From: an uncultured Armatimonadetes bacterium | Lineage (GTDB): Bacteria; Armatimonadota; UBA5829; DTJY01 | DNA length: 64,000 bases | Assembly: GCA_963717145.1 (NCBI GenBank) | Contig: OY970325.1 | Coordinates: 1,408,001-1,472,000, forward strand | Direction: 5' to 3' | Shown: piece by piece, positions 37,275 to 47,302 of the stretch | How the letters are laid out: every line of letters begins with the position of its first letter | How positions within the stretch are numbered: position 1 is the first letter of the stretch | Made by a program: the position numbers and the translations under genes | The notes under the pieces: generated by a model | Told to the model about the DNA's origin: nothing | The model's input: only the letters and a program-made list of their open reading frames with translations | The model's database searches: none

Positions 37275-39413
37275 TCACTTCCGCCACTCGACCTTGTCGC
37301 CGCCGATGACGCGTGTCAGGATCGGCTGATCGTCCTTCACCCGAACAAGCGCGAATCGGCCGTCGGTGACCAGCGGACTCCCCTGCTCCACCCTGCCCGT
37401 GTAGATGTAGTCCGTGACGCCGTCGTGCGCGACCCTCACGAGCCCGTGATCGAGTCCGCACACGGTGTAGAGCTTCCCCTCGTACGGATAGAGCACGGAC
37501 GTGAAGACTGCCTCCCTCCCCGTCTTCCGGGCGACGATGAGCGGCACCTTCCGGTTGAGCGCTTCCGCCGGGCACTTGCAGTCAGCCACCGAATACCTGC
37601 CCTCGTCGAGCATGAAGAGCCCGAGCCCCTGATCGCCGCTCTCCCATCGCGCCTGCCACTTCCCATCGGCCTGATGCGTCGTCACCGATTCTACGAAGGC
37701 ATACTTCGGCGGATCGGAGGATTCCGTCGGCAACAGGCCTGTGGAGAGGTCGCCCTCCGATCGGAGGAACCAGTCGTAGGTGTGCTCAGAATCGCTCGTG
37801 AGGCTATCGATCATCACGTAGTATCCGTCCACCCGGACGATCGTCCGCCGGTGGAGAACTCCTGGGTACGCTTCCTCGGTTTCGCCCTCCGCGACCTCGA
37901 AGACCTCGTCACCCTCGAAGCAGGTCAGCCGCCGTTCCTTCGTGGCGGCCTGATTCCTCCCATCGACGACCACCGTGTTGTGCGCCGGGGTGCTCTTGTA
38001 CCAGGCAAGCGCAGCGGAACCGTAGCCGCAGGTCCCATAGTCAGCCACCAGTAGCTTCCCGTTCGCCCAGAGCGTGATACCCATCTTGTCAGGCTGGCCG
38101 TGGCCGAGGTAGGGCCCGTAGTCGAACGTGAGCATGCTCTTGTCGCCCGAACGGAGAGTCGCAATCCCGAGGACCGGATAGTCGATCGAATCGAACTCGG
38201 GCTTCGGGCACTCACACTCCAGGCTATCGCCTTTCAGGAATGCCCACAAGCCGGTGCGGTCTGCCTTTCTGAGCGCATAACCCTCCTTGAGCGCCCAGCC
38301 GATCGCCGGATCTCCGGTTCGCAGGTAGGCCAGCTCATACTGATCGAGCGGCAGAAACACGTCGAACCATCCGTCGTTGATCGCGGGCAGCCGCGTGTCG
38401 GGGTACATGTAGCCAAGTGGAGCGGTGAACATCGCCTTGAGGCTCTTGCCGGGCCTCGCCTCCCAGTGGAAGAGATCCGTACCATTGTGATATGCCGCCT
38501 CCGCGAGGTAGAGGAACGCCGCAAGCGGATAGAAGTGATACGTGTGCACCGATTCCGGCCACAGGCCGTCGTCGCCGAGCTGATTGGTGATCTGCGACTT
38601 GAAGCTCGTGATCGCATAGTCGATCAGCTCCTGGTCGCCGATCGCGTACCCGATCACGCCGGTCGCCGATAGGTGCCATGAGCCCCAGTTGCCGCCGAGG
38701 CCCATGTTCTTGAGCCCGGTGGCCACCGGTCGGAACAGCTTGCCCTCGATCTTCTCCCGCAGCTCAGGTGTCATTGCTGGGGAATCGTAGACGAGGTCGT
38801 AGGCCCACGCGAGCGGAATCGACCACACCGATTCGCAGAGCGACTGGTACATAATGCCGCCTTGGACATTGGACGTATGCGGGCCGGGATAGGCGTCGGC
38901 GTACTTCGAGAGGATCTCGACCGCCTTCGACGCGTACCGGGTGTCGCCCTCGATCGCATATGTCAGCGCCAGGTCGAACGCCGCGCGGGAGAGCCCGTTG
39001 TGGGCCCACCACCGAACGCCGCCATCATACCGCTCGCCCTGGTAGACTTTCCCGCAGGCCGGGCATTTGTAGCCCTCAGGATGCTCTTTCATGTCCTGAG
39101 GGACTTCGAGCTGATTGCCGTCACTGCAGAAGAAGTTGTGGAAATGGCCGCTCCGTGCGGGGATGACGATCTCCCGCCCGAGCCACGCGTCGGCGTCGGT
39201 CTTCACGCCGGAACCGAGCCTGAGGGCATGTGAGTTCGGGGCCGAGAGGTAGACATCACGCTTCCAACCGTCGGCCCGGACCTCCTGCCTCAGCCTGGTG
39301 ATCTCCTCCGCGCTCAGGAGTATGCGGGGACTTGTGTGGGAAGCGCCGGCATTCGATGCGAGTATGCATGCGCCGAGTCCGATGACGAGCGCGAGTCCTT
39401 GCCATGAAATCAT
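37275..39413 (-). CDS. Secreted alginate lyase/heparinase II-III family protein
   Basis: DGLWPE..YHFY, PAINDG, GHGQPD and HNTVVVDG motifs. Confidence 0.85.
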   Translation of the reverse strand: MISWQGLALVIGLGACILASNAGASHTSPRILLSAEEITRLRQEVRADGWKRDVYLSAPNSHALRLGSGVKTDADAWLGREIVIPARSGHFHNFFCSDGNQLEVPQDMKEHPEGYKCPACGKVYQGERYDGGVRWWAHNGLSRAAFDLALTYAIEGDTRYASKAVEILSKYADAYPGPHTSNVQGGIMYQSLCESVWSIPLAWAYDLVYDSPAMTPELREKIEGKLFRPVATGLKNMGLGGNWGSWHLSATGVIGYAIGDQELIDYAITSFKSQITNQLGDDGLWPESVHTYHFYPLAAFLYLAEAAYHNGTDLFHWEARPGKSLKAMFTAPLGYMYPDTRLPAINDGWFDVFLPLDQYELAYLRTGDPAIGWALKEGYALRKADRTGLWAFLKGDSLECECPKPEFDSIDYPVLGIATLRSGDKSMLTFDYGPYLGHGQPDKMGITLWANGKLLVADYGTCGYGSAALAWYKSTPAHNTVVVDGRNQAATKERRLTCFEGDEVFEVAEGETEEAYPGVLHRRTIVRVDGYYVMIDSLTSDSEHTYDWFLRSEGDLSTGLLPTESSDPPKYAFVESVTTHQADGKWQARWESGDQGLGLFMLDEGRYSVADCKCPAEALNRKVPLIVARKTGREAVFTSVLYPYEGKLYTVCGLDHGLVRVAHDGVTDYIYTGRVEQGSPLVTDGRFALVRVKDDQPILTRVIGGDKVEWRK

Positions 39414-39503
39414 GAGGATACCTTCCTGCGTGCGAACGTTACTGTCAGGTTCACTGAGGAACGGGGTGAAACCTGCTGAATACGCCGTGGCGCAGGCCCG
39501 GGG

Positions 39504-39845
39504 TCACGAGATCCATTTCGTGGATCTGAAGATCCTCACCGTACCGACGAAGTGCCAAGCATCCACGGTGAATCCACCCCACCCCCATCGTCCGGCCACC
39601 TGGTACTCGTAGTGGTCCACTGTGACCAACGGCAGTATCGCATACGAAGCGCCAAATCGGAGTCTTGGGTGGTGTTCCCCGACTGTCTCCGGTAAGCGGC
39701 GAATCGCTTGTTTGTAGCCGCTTATGGTTCGGCCCGCGATCGCAGTATGCACGGCGGGTATCCCCCATATCCATGTCGCCGCATACAGAACGAGAAGCAG
39801 GCAAAGCGCGTACCGTTTCGCGGAGATCAAGGCCCGGTGTTGCAT
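39504..39845 (-). CDS. Hypothetical membrane-anchored protein
   Basis: RBS GAGGAGG and an N-terminal TM segment. Confidence 0.55.
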   Translation of the reverse strand: MQHRALISAKRYALCLLLVLYAATWIWGIPAVHTAIAGRTISGYKQAIRRLPETVGEHHPRLRFGASYAILPLVTVDHYEYQVAGRWGWGGFTVDAWHFVGTVRIFRSTKWIS

Positions 39846-39911
39846 GCGACCCTCCTCATTGCTAGACTCCCGCCCAGTGCTGTATAGCTAAGGGAGCGAT
39901 GGACAAGCGGA

Positions 39912-40535
39912 TCACGGACGGCTGGTCCACCACCAGGTGTATGCGTAGATGTGCCAGAACAAGCCCGCAATCAGAGCATAGGACAGGCCGTTTGCGATCC
40001 ATGCCCACCGCGCTGCGCGGGTTCTACTCGCCCTCCCCAAGATCTTCACGGCAACCCGCCACTCGACCCAGACGGACAGCAGGAAGAAAGGAATCAACAG
40101 CACGCTCCAATAGAGCCAGACGTGCATCTGGTGGCCGAATGGACCCCAGCCGACCATCGGCAGTTCGGTCACGGCTATTGCCAGCTTCTGCACCGCTGTA
40201 CCATTCTGCCAGGCCGCAACGGAATCGTGCGAGTGGCGTACAATGGACGCGAAACTTGACGCCACCGGAGAGAGACTCCAGACCAGTAGCCACTTGAATG
40301 GGATTCCCGCGAGTGTCGAGAGCACATTGCCAAAGAGCGTGATCTTCGCTGCCGTTCCTACCTTCCAGCGAAACACGAAGATGCCCACCGCGCCCTCGAA
40401 CAGCATCACGATCGGCAGCACGAGCCATAGTCCGGGATGGACGCACGCGATCAGAGGAATGCCGGCATCGGCGAACGCAGGAGTCGCCACAAGTATGCCA
40501 ACGGCGCATACGGCCATCAGCGTCCATCTACGCAT
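39912..40535 (-). CDS. Hypothetical membrane protein
   Basis: Signal peptide (AFA-DAGIP) and four TM segments. Confidence 0.6.
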   Translation of the reverse strand: MRRWTLMAVCAVGILVATPAFADAGIPLIACVHPGLWLVLPIVMLFEGAVGIFVFRWKVGTAAKITLFGNVLSTLAGIPFKWLLVWSLSPVASSFASIVRHSHDSVAAWQNGTAVQKLAIAVTELPMVGWGPFGHQMHVWLYWSVLLIPFFLLSVWVEWRVAVKILGRASRTRAARWAWIANGLSYALIAGLFWHIYAYTWWWTSRP

Positions 40536-40618
40536 CGTTGCCCTCCCGGTGTGCGCCATATTCTTAGACTGCCATGGACAAGCGGGCGTTCCCAGAGCCA
40601 TCGCCCCCCCGCAGTCAC

Positions 40619-41515
40619 TCACCGCTCAGATATCGTGCGTTCAAGCAACTCGCATGCGTACGAGGGGCGAAGCATACCGAAGGTATGGGTCTTGCCGGAT
40701 GAGGTCTTAAGCTCCATACATCGACCTGTCGTATTGCAGAGAGCGCCGCAGGCCCACCATCTCCGGGTCTCCAGGAACTGGCGATGCACCGCTTCGCAGT
40801 CGGTAATATCGGACAGAAGCACGCGCTTCCTGATGATCCCGCATTTCAAGGTGACGGCATCCGGGGAAACAACCACGGTCCTCCGGGTGAATGAAGCCAG
40901 AAGAATGCTACCAGGCAATCCCACGGCCATAAAGTGCAAGTCATGTCGCACAAGCGCCGCCGTCACAGACAACCCCAACACTAACAATGCTGATACTGCC
41001 ATCGACCAGTCAGCCTCCGAGTCCGTGTAGCTCGTGAAGCCAGGGGACTGCCCGACATCATCGGGCGGCGGAGGTTCCAGGGCTGAATCCTTGGCAGCAT
41101 ACGGCCTTCTCCACTCCATGAGCGCAGTGGACCCGAGTCCCAGGACTGCTATTCCCGATAATAGAGGCCATGACGCAGAGACATCAATCGCATGGCGCGC
41201 GTACGCCGATCCTCTGGCTGCGGTGTCTATGGCTATCCATAAATACGGGAGCATGGTCGCCTGGGATACCAGCGCCATGTAGTTGAACTTTTTTCGCCTT
41301 TCAGACACGACCCACTTGTGGTTGAGGGAAACCTCGGGTACCCACAACACCACCACGAAGCTCGCCATCAACATGCAGATCCCTGAGTAGGATCGGCGGA
41401 TCTCCGGATCGACATCGAGATTCAGCCAGTATAGACCAACACCCACGCATGTCAGAAACGCAAGCGCAGGCACGATCTCCAGTTGCCAGGGATGCTCTCG
41501 TATGAACCGCCGCAT
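40619..41515 (-). CDS. Hypothetical membrane protein with C-terminal bPH-like domain
   Basis: Multiple TM segments; RBS AGGAGG. Confidence 0.6.
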   Translation of the reverse strand: MRRFIREHPWQLEIVPALAFLTCVGVGLYWLNLDVDPEIRRSYSGICMLMASFVVVLWVPEVSLNHKWVVSERRKKFNYMALVSQATMLPYLWIAIDTAARGSAYARHAIDVSASWPLLSGIAVLGLGSTALMEWRRPYAAKDSALEPPPPDDVGQSPGFTSYTDSEADWSMAVSALLVLGLSVTAALVRHDLHFMAVGLPGSILLASFTRRTVVVSPDAVTLKCGIIRKRVLLSDITDCEAVHRQFLETRRWWACGALCNTTGRCMELKTSSGKTHTFGMLRPSYACELLERTISER

Positions 41516-41664
41516 CGGAATGCCTCCTGGGCCAGGTGTGAAACGATCTCCCAGTATGTAGACACTTGGACTCTGCCGGTAGTTGCAGAAAGCGCCTACG
41601 GGAATATGTTGCGCGTGGATGCAGAGAGTCCCTGCTTCAATGCGGGGATCGCAAGCAGTCGAGG

Positions 41665-42324
41665 CTATCGTTTGCCGTTCAGCTTCTCCCTGCAGTCGCG
41701 CAGGTAGATGCGGGCGGCCTTCAGTTCGAACGGCGACTCGTCGGTCAGCTTCTTGTAGCGTCTGATGGAGGTCTCGAGGTCCCGGGCGGCCTCATTCCAA
41801 CGTTGGAGGCGGTGATAGAGGATGCCCCGCTCGAGGTAGACCCGGTGGTCCTCGGGGTTGTTCTTGATGGCCTCGGTGATGAACTGCTCGGACTCACGGA
41901 ACTGGCCTGTGCGGAAGAGCCAGTATGCCCCGTCGAGCCACGCCTCGACATTCTGCGGGTTCAGGCGGGCGGCGATCATGAACCAGGGCAGGAGTTCCTT
42001 TTCGTCAGCGCCCTGGATGTGCTTGTCTCCCGTCGGCGCGATCTGACCATGCAGTCTGTTCATTACCCCATGCAACGGCAGGGAGAGAGTCACCTCATGG
42101 TGCTCGCATTCATCGCAAGTGTGCCCGACTCCGGCGTGGAGGTAGAGATCCGCCTGATCCATCGCGGTCTGAGAGGCGATCTCCGCCGTTCCGCCGAACA
42201 GGCGCACGAGCACATCCGACTCGGGCTGGTCCGAAGCCCCGGTCTGAGTCACAATCGACCCAGCCAGGAGGAAAGCGACCGCGCCCAGGACGGCCATGAC
42301 TGCCAGCGGGCGGAATCCCATCAT
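41665..42324 (-). CDS. Membrane-anchored TPR protein
   Basis: AARLNPQNVEAW, EAIKNNP and TPR helices. ATGA overlap with the permease stop. Confidence 0.75.
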   Translation of the reverse strand: MMGFRPLAVMAVLGAVAFLLAGSIVTQTGASDQPESDVLVRLFGGTAEIASQTAMDQADLYLHAGVGHTCDECEHHEVTLSLPLHGVMNRLHGQIAPTGDKHIQGADEKELLPWFMIAARLNPQNVEAWLDGAYWLFRTGQFRESEQFITEAIKNNPEDHRVYLERGILYHRLQRWNEAARDLETSIRRYKKLTDESPFELKAARIYLRDCREKLNGKR

Positions 42325-43087
42325 AGCCACTTCCTGCGGAAGATCATTGTGCCCGCCGCACCGGCTGCCACTGCGTATGCCAGGCCATAGAGCACGATCT
42401 GGATCAAGGTCGAGATCGGCAGCGGCCCCAGCCGTGCACGAGCCGCCGCGATATGTCGAAGAACTCGAAGTGTGGCAGTCCCAGGTACGCTATCCACGCC
42501 AGATACTGCTGCACGCCGTTCAGCCGCTCGATCATTCCCATCAGCGACTGCCCGCCGTAGCGGGTCACTCCGAGCAGCAGGATGGCAAATGTAACCGCGC
42601 CCGCGGGTGTGCATGCACACGAAAAGAAGACTGTTATGCTGCAGAGCAGCGTCAGTGCGGTGACCTGCAGTAGGAACGCCTGCCAGAGTGTTGGGTCGAA
42701 CAGCGTCGCCCCGCCCCTGAGCGCCAGCATTCCGACGAGCACGAGATAGAGGCCGCTGAAGCATACCACAGCGGCGAACACCGATCCGAGCGCTCGTCCG
42801 GCCACGTACTGCCACCTCGGAATCGGTCGTGCGAGCAGGACGTATACCGTCCGCTGCTCGACATCGGATGGAATCTGCCTCGCCGCGAGTGGCGCCGCCA
42901 ATGCAAAGGAAGCCAGCCATGCGATCTGCATGACTATCTCGCGCGAGAACCGGCCGGCCTGGGATGCGCCGATGTTGGCGACTTGAAGCCATGCGGCCAG
43001 CACGATGATAAGCACCAGAACGACGTAGAACTCCTTCCTTCGCAGCGTCTCGATGACTGAGAGGTGTGCAATCGCTAGGCAGCCCAT
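42321..43087 (-). CDS. ABC-2 type permease with an apparent frameshift near 42427
   Basis: ETLRRK and DVEQRTVYVLLARPIPR motifs. The last TM segment (PLPISTLIQ...IFRRKWL) lies in another frame. Confidence 0.8.
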
Positions 43088-43824
43088 GGCATCTCCTCCT
43101 CCAGCAGTCGGATGAAGGCGTGCTCCAGGTTGCCGTCCGCGCCGATCGCGTCCGTGACGGATCCATGATGCACGAGCCGTCCATTCGAGAGCACGAGTAT
43201 CCGATCCGCGACCATCTCGATCTCTCCCAACTCATGGGACGAAAACAGGATCGTCTTCCCTTCCGAGCGCAGTTCGGCGAGCAGTTCACGCATCCTCATG
43301 CGGGCGATCGGATCGAGTCCGGACATCGGCTCGTCGAGAATGAGAATCTGCGGGTTGTTCAACAGTGCCTGCGCGAACCCGGCTTGCTGAAGCATGCCCT
43401 TCGAGAATCCGGCGATCCGGCCGTTGAGATGCTCCGTCATCCTGGTGCGCTCGGCCACACCTCGAACGGCGTCTTTTCGTTCCGACCGAGGCATCCCGGT
43501 GAGAGCGGCACAGACGTGCAGGAACTCCGAGAGCTTCAGGTACTTCGGGTAGTACGAGATCTCCGGCATATATCCGAGCCGCAGCCTCGACCGGGGATCG
43601 CTCGATGGCACGCCGGATATGAAGCATGTGTCATGCGGAGCCGGTGTAAGACCCAGGAGAGCCTTGATGGCGGATGTCTTGCCGGCCCCATTCGGCCCGA
43701 TGAAGCCGACGATCTCCCCCTGCTCGACGCAGAATGAGAGATCGGAAACCGCGAGTTTGCCGGACTTTCGTCCGGACTTGTAGCTTACAGTCAGTCCTCT
43801 GACTTCGATGGCAGGCGTATTCAG
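43075..43824 (-). CDS. ABC transporter ATP-binding protein, probable CTG start
   Basis: The open frame upstream of the track ORF holds Walker A GPNGAGKT. FSKGM, ILDEP and SSH motifs. Confidence 0.85.
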   Translation of the reverse strand: MNTPAIEVRGLTVSYKSGRKSGKLAVSDLSFCVEQGEIVGFIGPNGAGKTSAIKALLGLTPAPHDTCFISGVPSSDPRSRLRLGYMPEISYYPKYLKLSEFLHVCAALTGMPRSERKDAVRGVAERTRMTEHLNGRIAGFSKGMLQQAGFAQALLNNPQILILDEPMSGLDPIARMRMRELLAELRSEGKTILFSSHELGEIEMVADRILVLSNGRLVHHGSVTDAIGADGNLEHAFIRLLEEEMPWAA

Positions 43825-43953
43825 GCGTCCTCACATCCCTTCCAGGTATATCTTCGGAAGGAATCGATGCGGATTGGAGATGGGGAGTGGGAGAAAGGGA
43901 GTGTGGGAGTCTGGGAGAACAGGGGAAACCGGTGTTGGGTGTTGGGGGCCGGA

Positions 43954-45687
43954 TCACTTCATGCCGAGGAGATCGGAAACCGTTACGAGTTCATACCCCT
44001 GAGCGCGGAGTTCGGTGACGATATACGGCAGGGCACCCACGGCGGCCGGCTCACCATTGTGCATCAGGATGATCGCCCCGTCGCGGATGTTCCGTGTCAC
44101 GTAGTCGGCGAGGGTCTGAGGGTCGCCTCCCTCGTAGGGGCCGCAGTTGAGAGTCCAGAAGATACCGCTGATCCCATGCTTCGCCGCTGCTTTCCTCACT
44201 GTGTTGTTGAAGTTCCCGCCCGGCGGACGGAAAAGCCTGGGCGACTTTCCAGTGATGTTTAGGACCACAGCGTTCGTCTTGCACAACTGCTGCTCGATCT
44301 CGTATGTGGAGAGCGTCGCCAGATTCGGGTGCGTGTAGGTGTGATTCTCGATATCGTGCCCGCCCGCCTGGATCGCTCTCACCAACTCAGGTTGCGCCTC
44401 GGCTCGGAACCCGACCACGAAGAACGTCGCCTTCGTTTCGAGCTTGGCGAGTGTCTCCAGCAGGATCGACGTGCGCTCGTTCGGGCCGTCGTCGAAGGTT
44501 ACAGCAACTCGCTTCCGGCCAGGGGCGACGGACCAGACCTCCCGACACTCCATCGGGCGGCCCTGCAGCTTATCCAGCATCTTCCCGGCCTCGTCGGAAT
44601 CCGTACGGTATGCGATGGAATACTCCAGGTTGCGTATAGCCGATTCCTTGTCACCCTCCGCCAAAAATGCCTTCGCCAGCTCATAGTGAGCGAGCCGCCT
44701 GCACTCCGACAGCCGGATGCACTCCCAGAGCCGCTCGCCGAGGCCATCGACTTCAGGCCCGGAGACGATCGGATTCCCGATCGAGTTGGCATTCCGTACC
44801 CGCACCCAGGCCGTCTTCGAGCTGATCTGGCTCCCCTGCTTATCTTTGCCGTCGATCCTGATCTGGTGCAGACCGTTGGGGTGTCTGCCGGTATTCCAGT
44901 TGAAAACATACGGCTCGCAGTTCGACATGCCGAGGAAGGATCCGTCCACGAAAAAGGTCACGAATTCGACTCCATCTGCACGGCTGGTGTCTGCGTTGAG
45001 GCGCACGGTCTCGGAGACCTCGGGAACGTTTTCCTTCTTGGGCGGCGACCAGGACAACTTGCCGTGGGGTAGAGCCACCGCGGCCGAGGCGATGAACGTC
45101 GCGACAGGCGACTTGTTCTCCTCGAAGCCCAAAGGACCGGGATTGTGAAGCACGACCATCAGCAGTTCTCTGGTTGTCTGGTGATCTCCCGCCTTCGACG
45201 CGAGGTACGCCGCGATCTGCTTGCCCAGCGGAGATGCCACCACCGGAACCGATGGCGAGCCACCATTGATGTAATCCAGGTACATCCGGAAGGCCGAAAT
45301 GTCGGGCGAATCCGGCGACAACTCACCTGCTCTGGTGATCTCCTTCTCCACTGCGGCCTTATCACCCTTGACGAGCGCAATCACGGCCAATCCGTAGTGC
45401 GCCCTCCAATTGTCGGGCGAGAGGCTGATCACCTCATGGAATTCGCTCGATGCGTTGTCGAGCCTCCCGACGTGCAGATAGAGAGCCGCGAGGGTGAAAT
45501 GAACGAGTGGGTCGGACTCATTGGCGGCGAGCGCCAGCTCGATCGCTGGGCCGGCCTGATTGTAGGCCCCTACCTCGATCGCAGTCGTCGCTTCCCTGAG
45601 GCTATCCAGGTAGTCGGCGGCCACTGTGGCCGAGGCCAAAAGACAAAGCAGTACGCAGAGTATGAAACGGCGGATCGGGTGATTCAT
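43954..45687 (-). CDS. Secreted TPR + Ig-like + NodB polysaccharide deacetylase
   Basis: TFDDGP, NHTYTH, FRPPGG and ILMH motifs; N-terminal TPRs. Confidence 0.88.
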   Translation of the reverse strand: MNHPIRRFILCVLLCLLASATVAADYLDSLREATTAIEVGAYNQAGPAIELALAANESDPLVHFTLAALYLHVGRLDNASSEFHEVISLSPDNWRAHYGLAVIALVKGDKAAVEKEITRAGELSPDSPDISAFRMYLDYINGGSPSVPVVASPLGKQIAAYLASKAGDHQTTRELLMVVLHNPGPLGFEENKSPVATFIASAAVALPHGKLSWSPPKKENVPEVSETVRLNADTSRADGVEFVTFFVDGSFLGMSNCEPYVFNWNTGRHPNGLHQIRIDGKDKQGSQISSKTAWVRVRNANSIGNPIVSGPEVDGLGERLWECIRLSECRRLAHYELAKAFLAEGDKESAIRNLEYSIAYRTDSDEAGKMLDKLQGRPMECREVWSVAPGRKRVAVTFDDGPNERTSILLETLAKLETKATFFVVGFRAEAQPELVRAIQAGGHDIENHTYTHPNLATLSTYEIEQQLCKTNAVVLNITGKSPRLFRPPGGNFNNTVRKAAAKHGISGIFWTLNCGPYEGGDPQTLADYVTRNIRDGAIILMHNGEPAAVGALPYIVTELRAQGYELVTVSDLLGMK

Positions 45688-45762
45688 GTGCCGGTTATTC
45701 GCAGTCAGTTTCCTGTATACATACTACTGCATTTGAGGTGGAATGTCAATCGGGAGGAAGAA

Positions 45763-45921
45763 CAGGGCGAACGCATCAAAACACAACGATGCTTCGGTAG
45801 CAGAGGCCCGGCGGCGCTGCCGAAGCATGTCACGACACCGTGGTGCTTCGGCAGCGCCGCCGGGCCTCTGCTACCGAAGCATCGTACTCCCGAGTCGAGA
45901 CGATTAGATGCGTTCGCCCTG
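45763..45921. mobile_element. MITE (159 bp) with ISAs1-like ends and a 10-bp target duplication
   Basis: TIR CAGGGCGAACGCATC/GATGCGTTCGCCCTG. Flanks GGAGGAAGAA at 45753-45762 and 45922-45931. Internal perfect 42-bp inverted repeat. Confidence 0.88.
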
Positions 45922-45933
45922 GGAGGAAGAACG

Positions 45934-45974
45934 AAAAGCGCCGGCGGTCGGAGGACGTCCGGCCACCGGCGCTT
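45934..45974 (-). terminator. Intrinsic terminator
   Basis: aagcgccgg...ccggcgctt with a T-run on the minus strand. Confidence 0.6.
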
Positions 45975-45982
45975 CGATTGGT

Positions 45983-46285
45983 TCAGCATCGGGAGAAAAA
46001 CTCAGCGGGCGGGAAATGTGTTTCTCGATAAGAAAGATCAACGATGATTTCATCCGGGCGCGCATCGATCTTAAGGGCGATGCGTCCTTCACCGGCAAGC
46101 TTCTGCTGAGTCAATGCACTGCTGAACGCCTCGGTCACAGCCAATTGCAGTTCGGTGACCTCGGCAGCAGACAAGTTGGTGCCCCGCGCGATTTCTCTGA
46201 TGAACCGGCGCAGAACAGACGAAGCTGAATGTTCGGCGGGCAAACTGAACCGCGTAACCTTGGAGCGCGATGTATACGTTGTCAT
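45983..46285 (-). CDS. RsbW/SpoIIAB-like anti-sigma-fold protein, degenerate
   Basis: FSLPA....LRRFI..A...LS..E..ELQLAVTEA; RBS GGAGGAGG. Confidence 0.7.
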   Translation of the reverse strand: MTTYTSRSKVTRFSLPAEHSASSVLRRFIREIARGTNLSAAEVTELQLAVTEAFSSALTQQKLAGEGRIALKIDARPDEIIVDLSYRETHFPPAEFFSRC

Positions 46286-46590
46286 TTTTGGCTAGGTCTT
46301 CCTCCTCCACATAGCACTGCCGTGTTAGGAGCTTCGCTGCGGGAGGTTCAGCGCCGTGCTTGTTAGGCGGGCACGGTCTCTTTACTAATAATGTACAGGA
46401 ATAAGGCCGAGACGTCAACTGGTAAATTTAACAGTTTTTCGTCCGAATTGGCCTGTACGCCCGCCAATTCGAAAAACATAGCCTCATTGCCCGGCCAACT
46501 GCATGTCAGCCGTACTGTCTGAGTTTACCCCAAGGTGATACATTACAAACATTCGCTTGCCCGGTCAACTGACTGCACACCGCCGAGTGA

Positions 46591-47217
46591 TCACTGCGCG
46601 CCCCCCACGGTCTCCGGCTTCAGATGGTGGTGGAGGAAGACGGCGAAGCCTCCGAGGAGCAGGATACCGATGACCACATCCGCACCGTGGAAGTAACCCT
46701 TGATCGACTGCCAGTTCTGGCCGAGGACCTTTCCGAGGTAGGTCAGGAAATAGCACCAGGGTACGGAGCCGACGAACGAGTAAACGAGGAAACGGGGGAA
46801 ATTCATCTTGGAGACGCCTGCCGGAAACGAGATGAAGGTTCGGATCACGGGCAGGAGGCGGCTGATGAAAACGGCGGCATCACCGTACTTGTTGAACCAC
46901 CTGTCGGCCCTGTCGAGGTCGCGATGCCGGATGAGCACAAAACGTCCGTACTTCTCGACGAACGGGCGGCCTCCAAGCATTCCGGCATAGTACGCCACAG
47001 CCGACCCCACGGCGCACCCGAATGCTCCGGAGAGTGATGCGAGGTGCAGGTTGAACGCGCCGGTAAAGACCAGGTACCCGGAGAATGGCATGATGATCTC
47101 GCTCGGCAGCGGGATGCACGCGCTCTCGATGGCCATGAGCAACACAATCCCGGCGTAACCGAGCGTCTCAATCTGTGTCATCACCCAGTGGGCGATAGGT
47201 TGCAGGATGGATTCCAA
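46591..47217 (-). CDS. dedA: DedA family membrane protein
   Basis: MAIESACIPLPSEIIMPFSG and RLLPVIRTFISFPAG motifs. TTG start after AGGAGG. Confidence 0.9.
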   Translation of the reverse strand: MESILQPIAHWVMTQIETLGYAGIVLLMAIESACIPLPSEIIMPFSGYLVFTGAFNLHLASLSGAFGCAVGSAVAYYAGMLGGRPFVEKYGRFVLIRHRDLDRADRWFNKYGDAAVFISRLLPVIRTFISFPAGVSKMNFPRFLVYSFVGSVPWCYFLTYLGKVLGQNWQSIKGYFHGADVVIGILLLGGFAVFLHHHLKPETVGGAQ

Positions 47218-47241
47218 GTACGAGCCTCCTGTGCTCCGATC

Positions 47242-47300
47242 CGTAGGGAAGGCCTTCAACGGCCTCCCGGCAGGGCGACCATGGAAGGATCGCCCCTACG
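47242..47300. repeat. GTAG-type REP doublet
   Basis: cgtagggaaggccttcaacggcctcccg...gggcgaccatggaaggatcgcccctacg. Confidence 0.75.
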
Positions 47301-47302
47301 GA

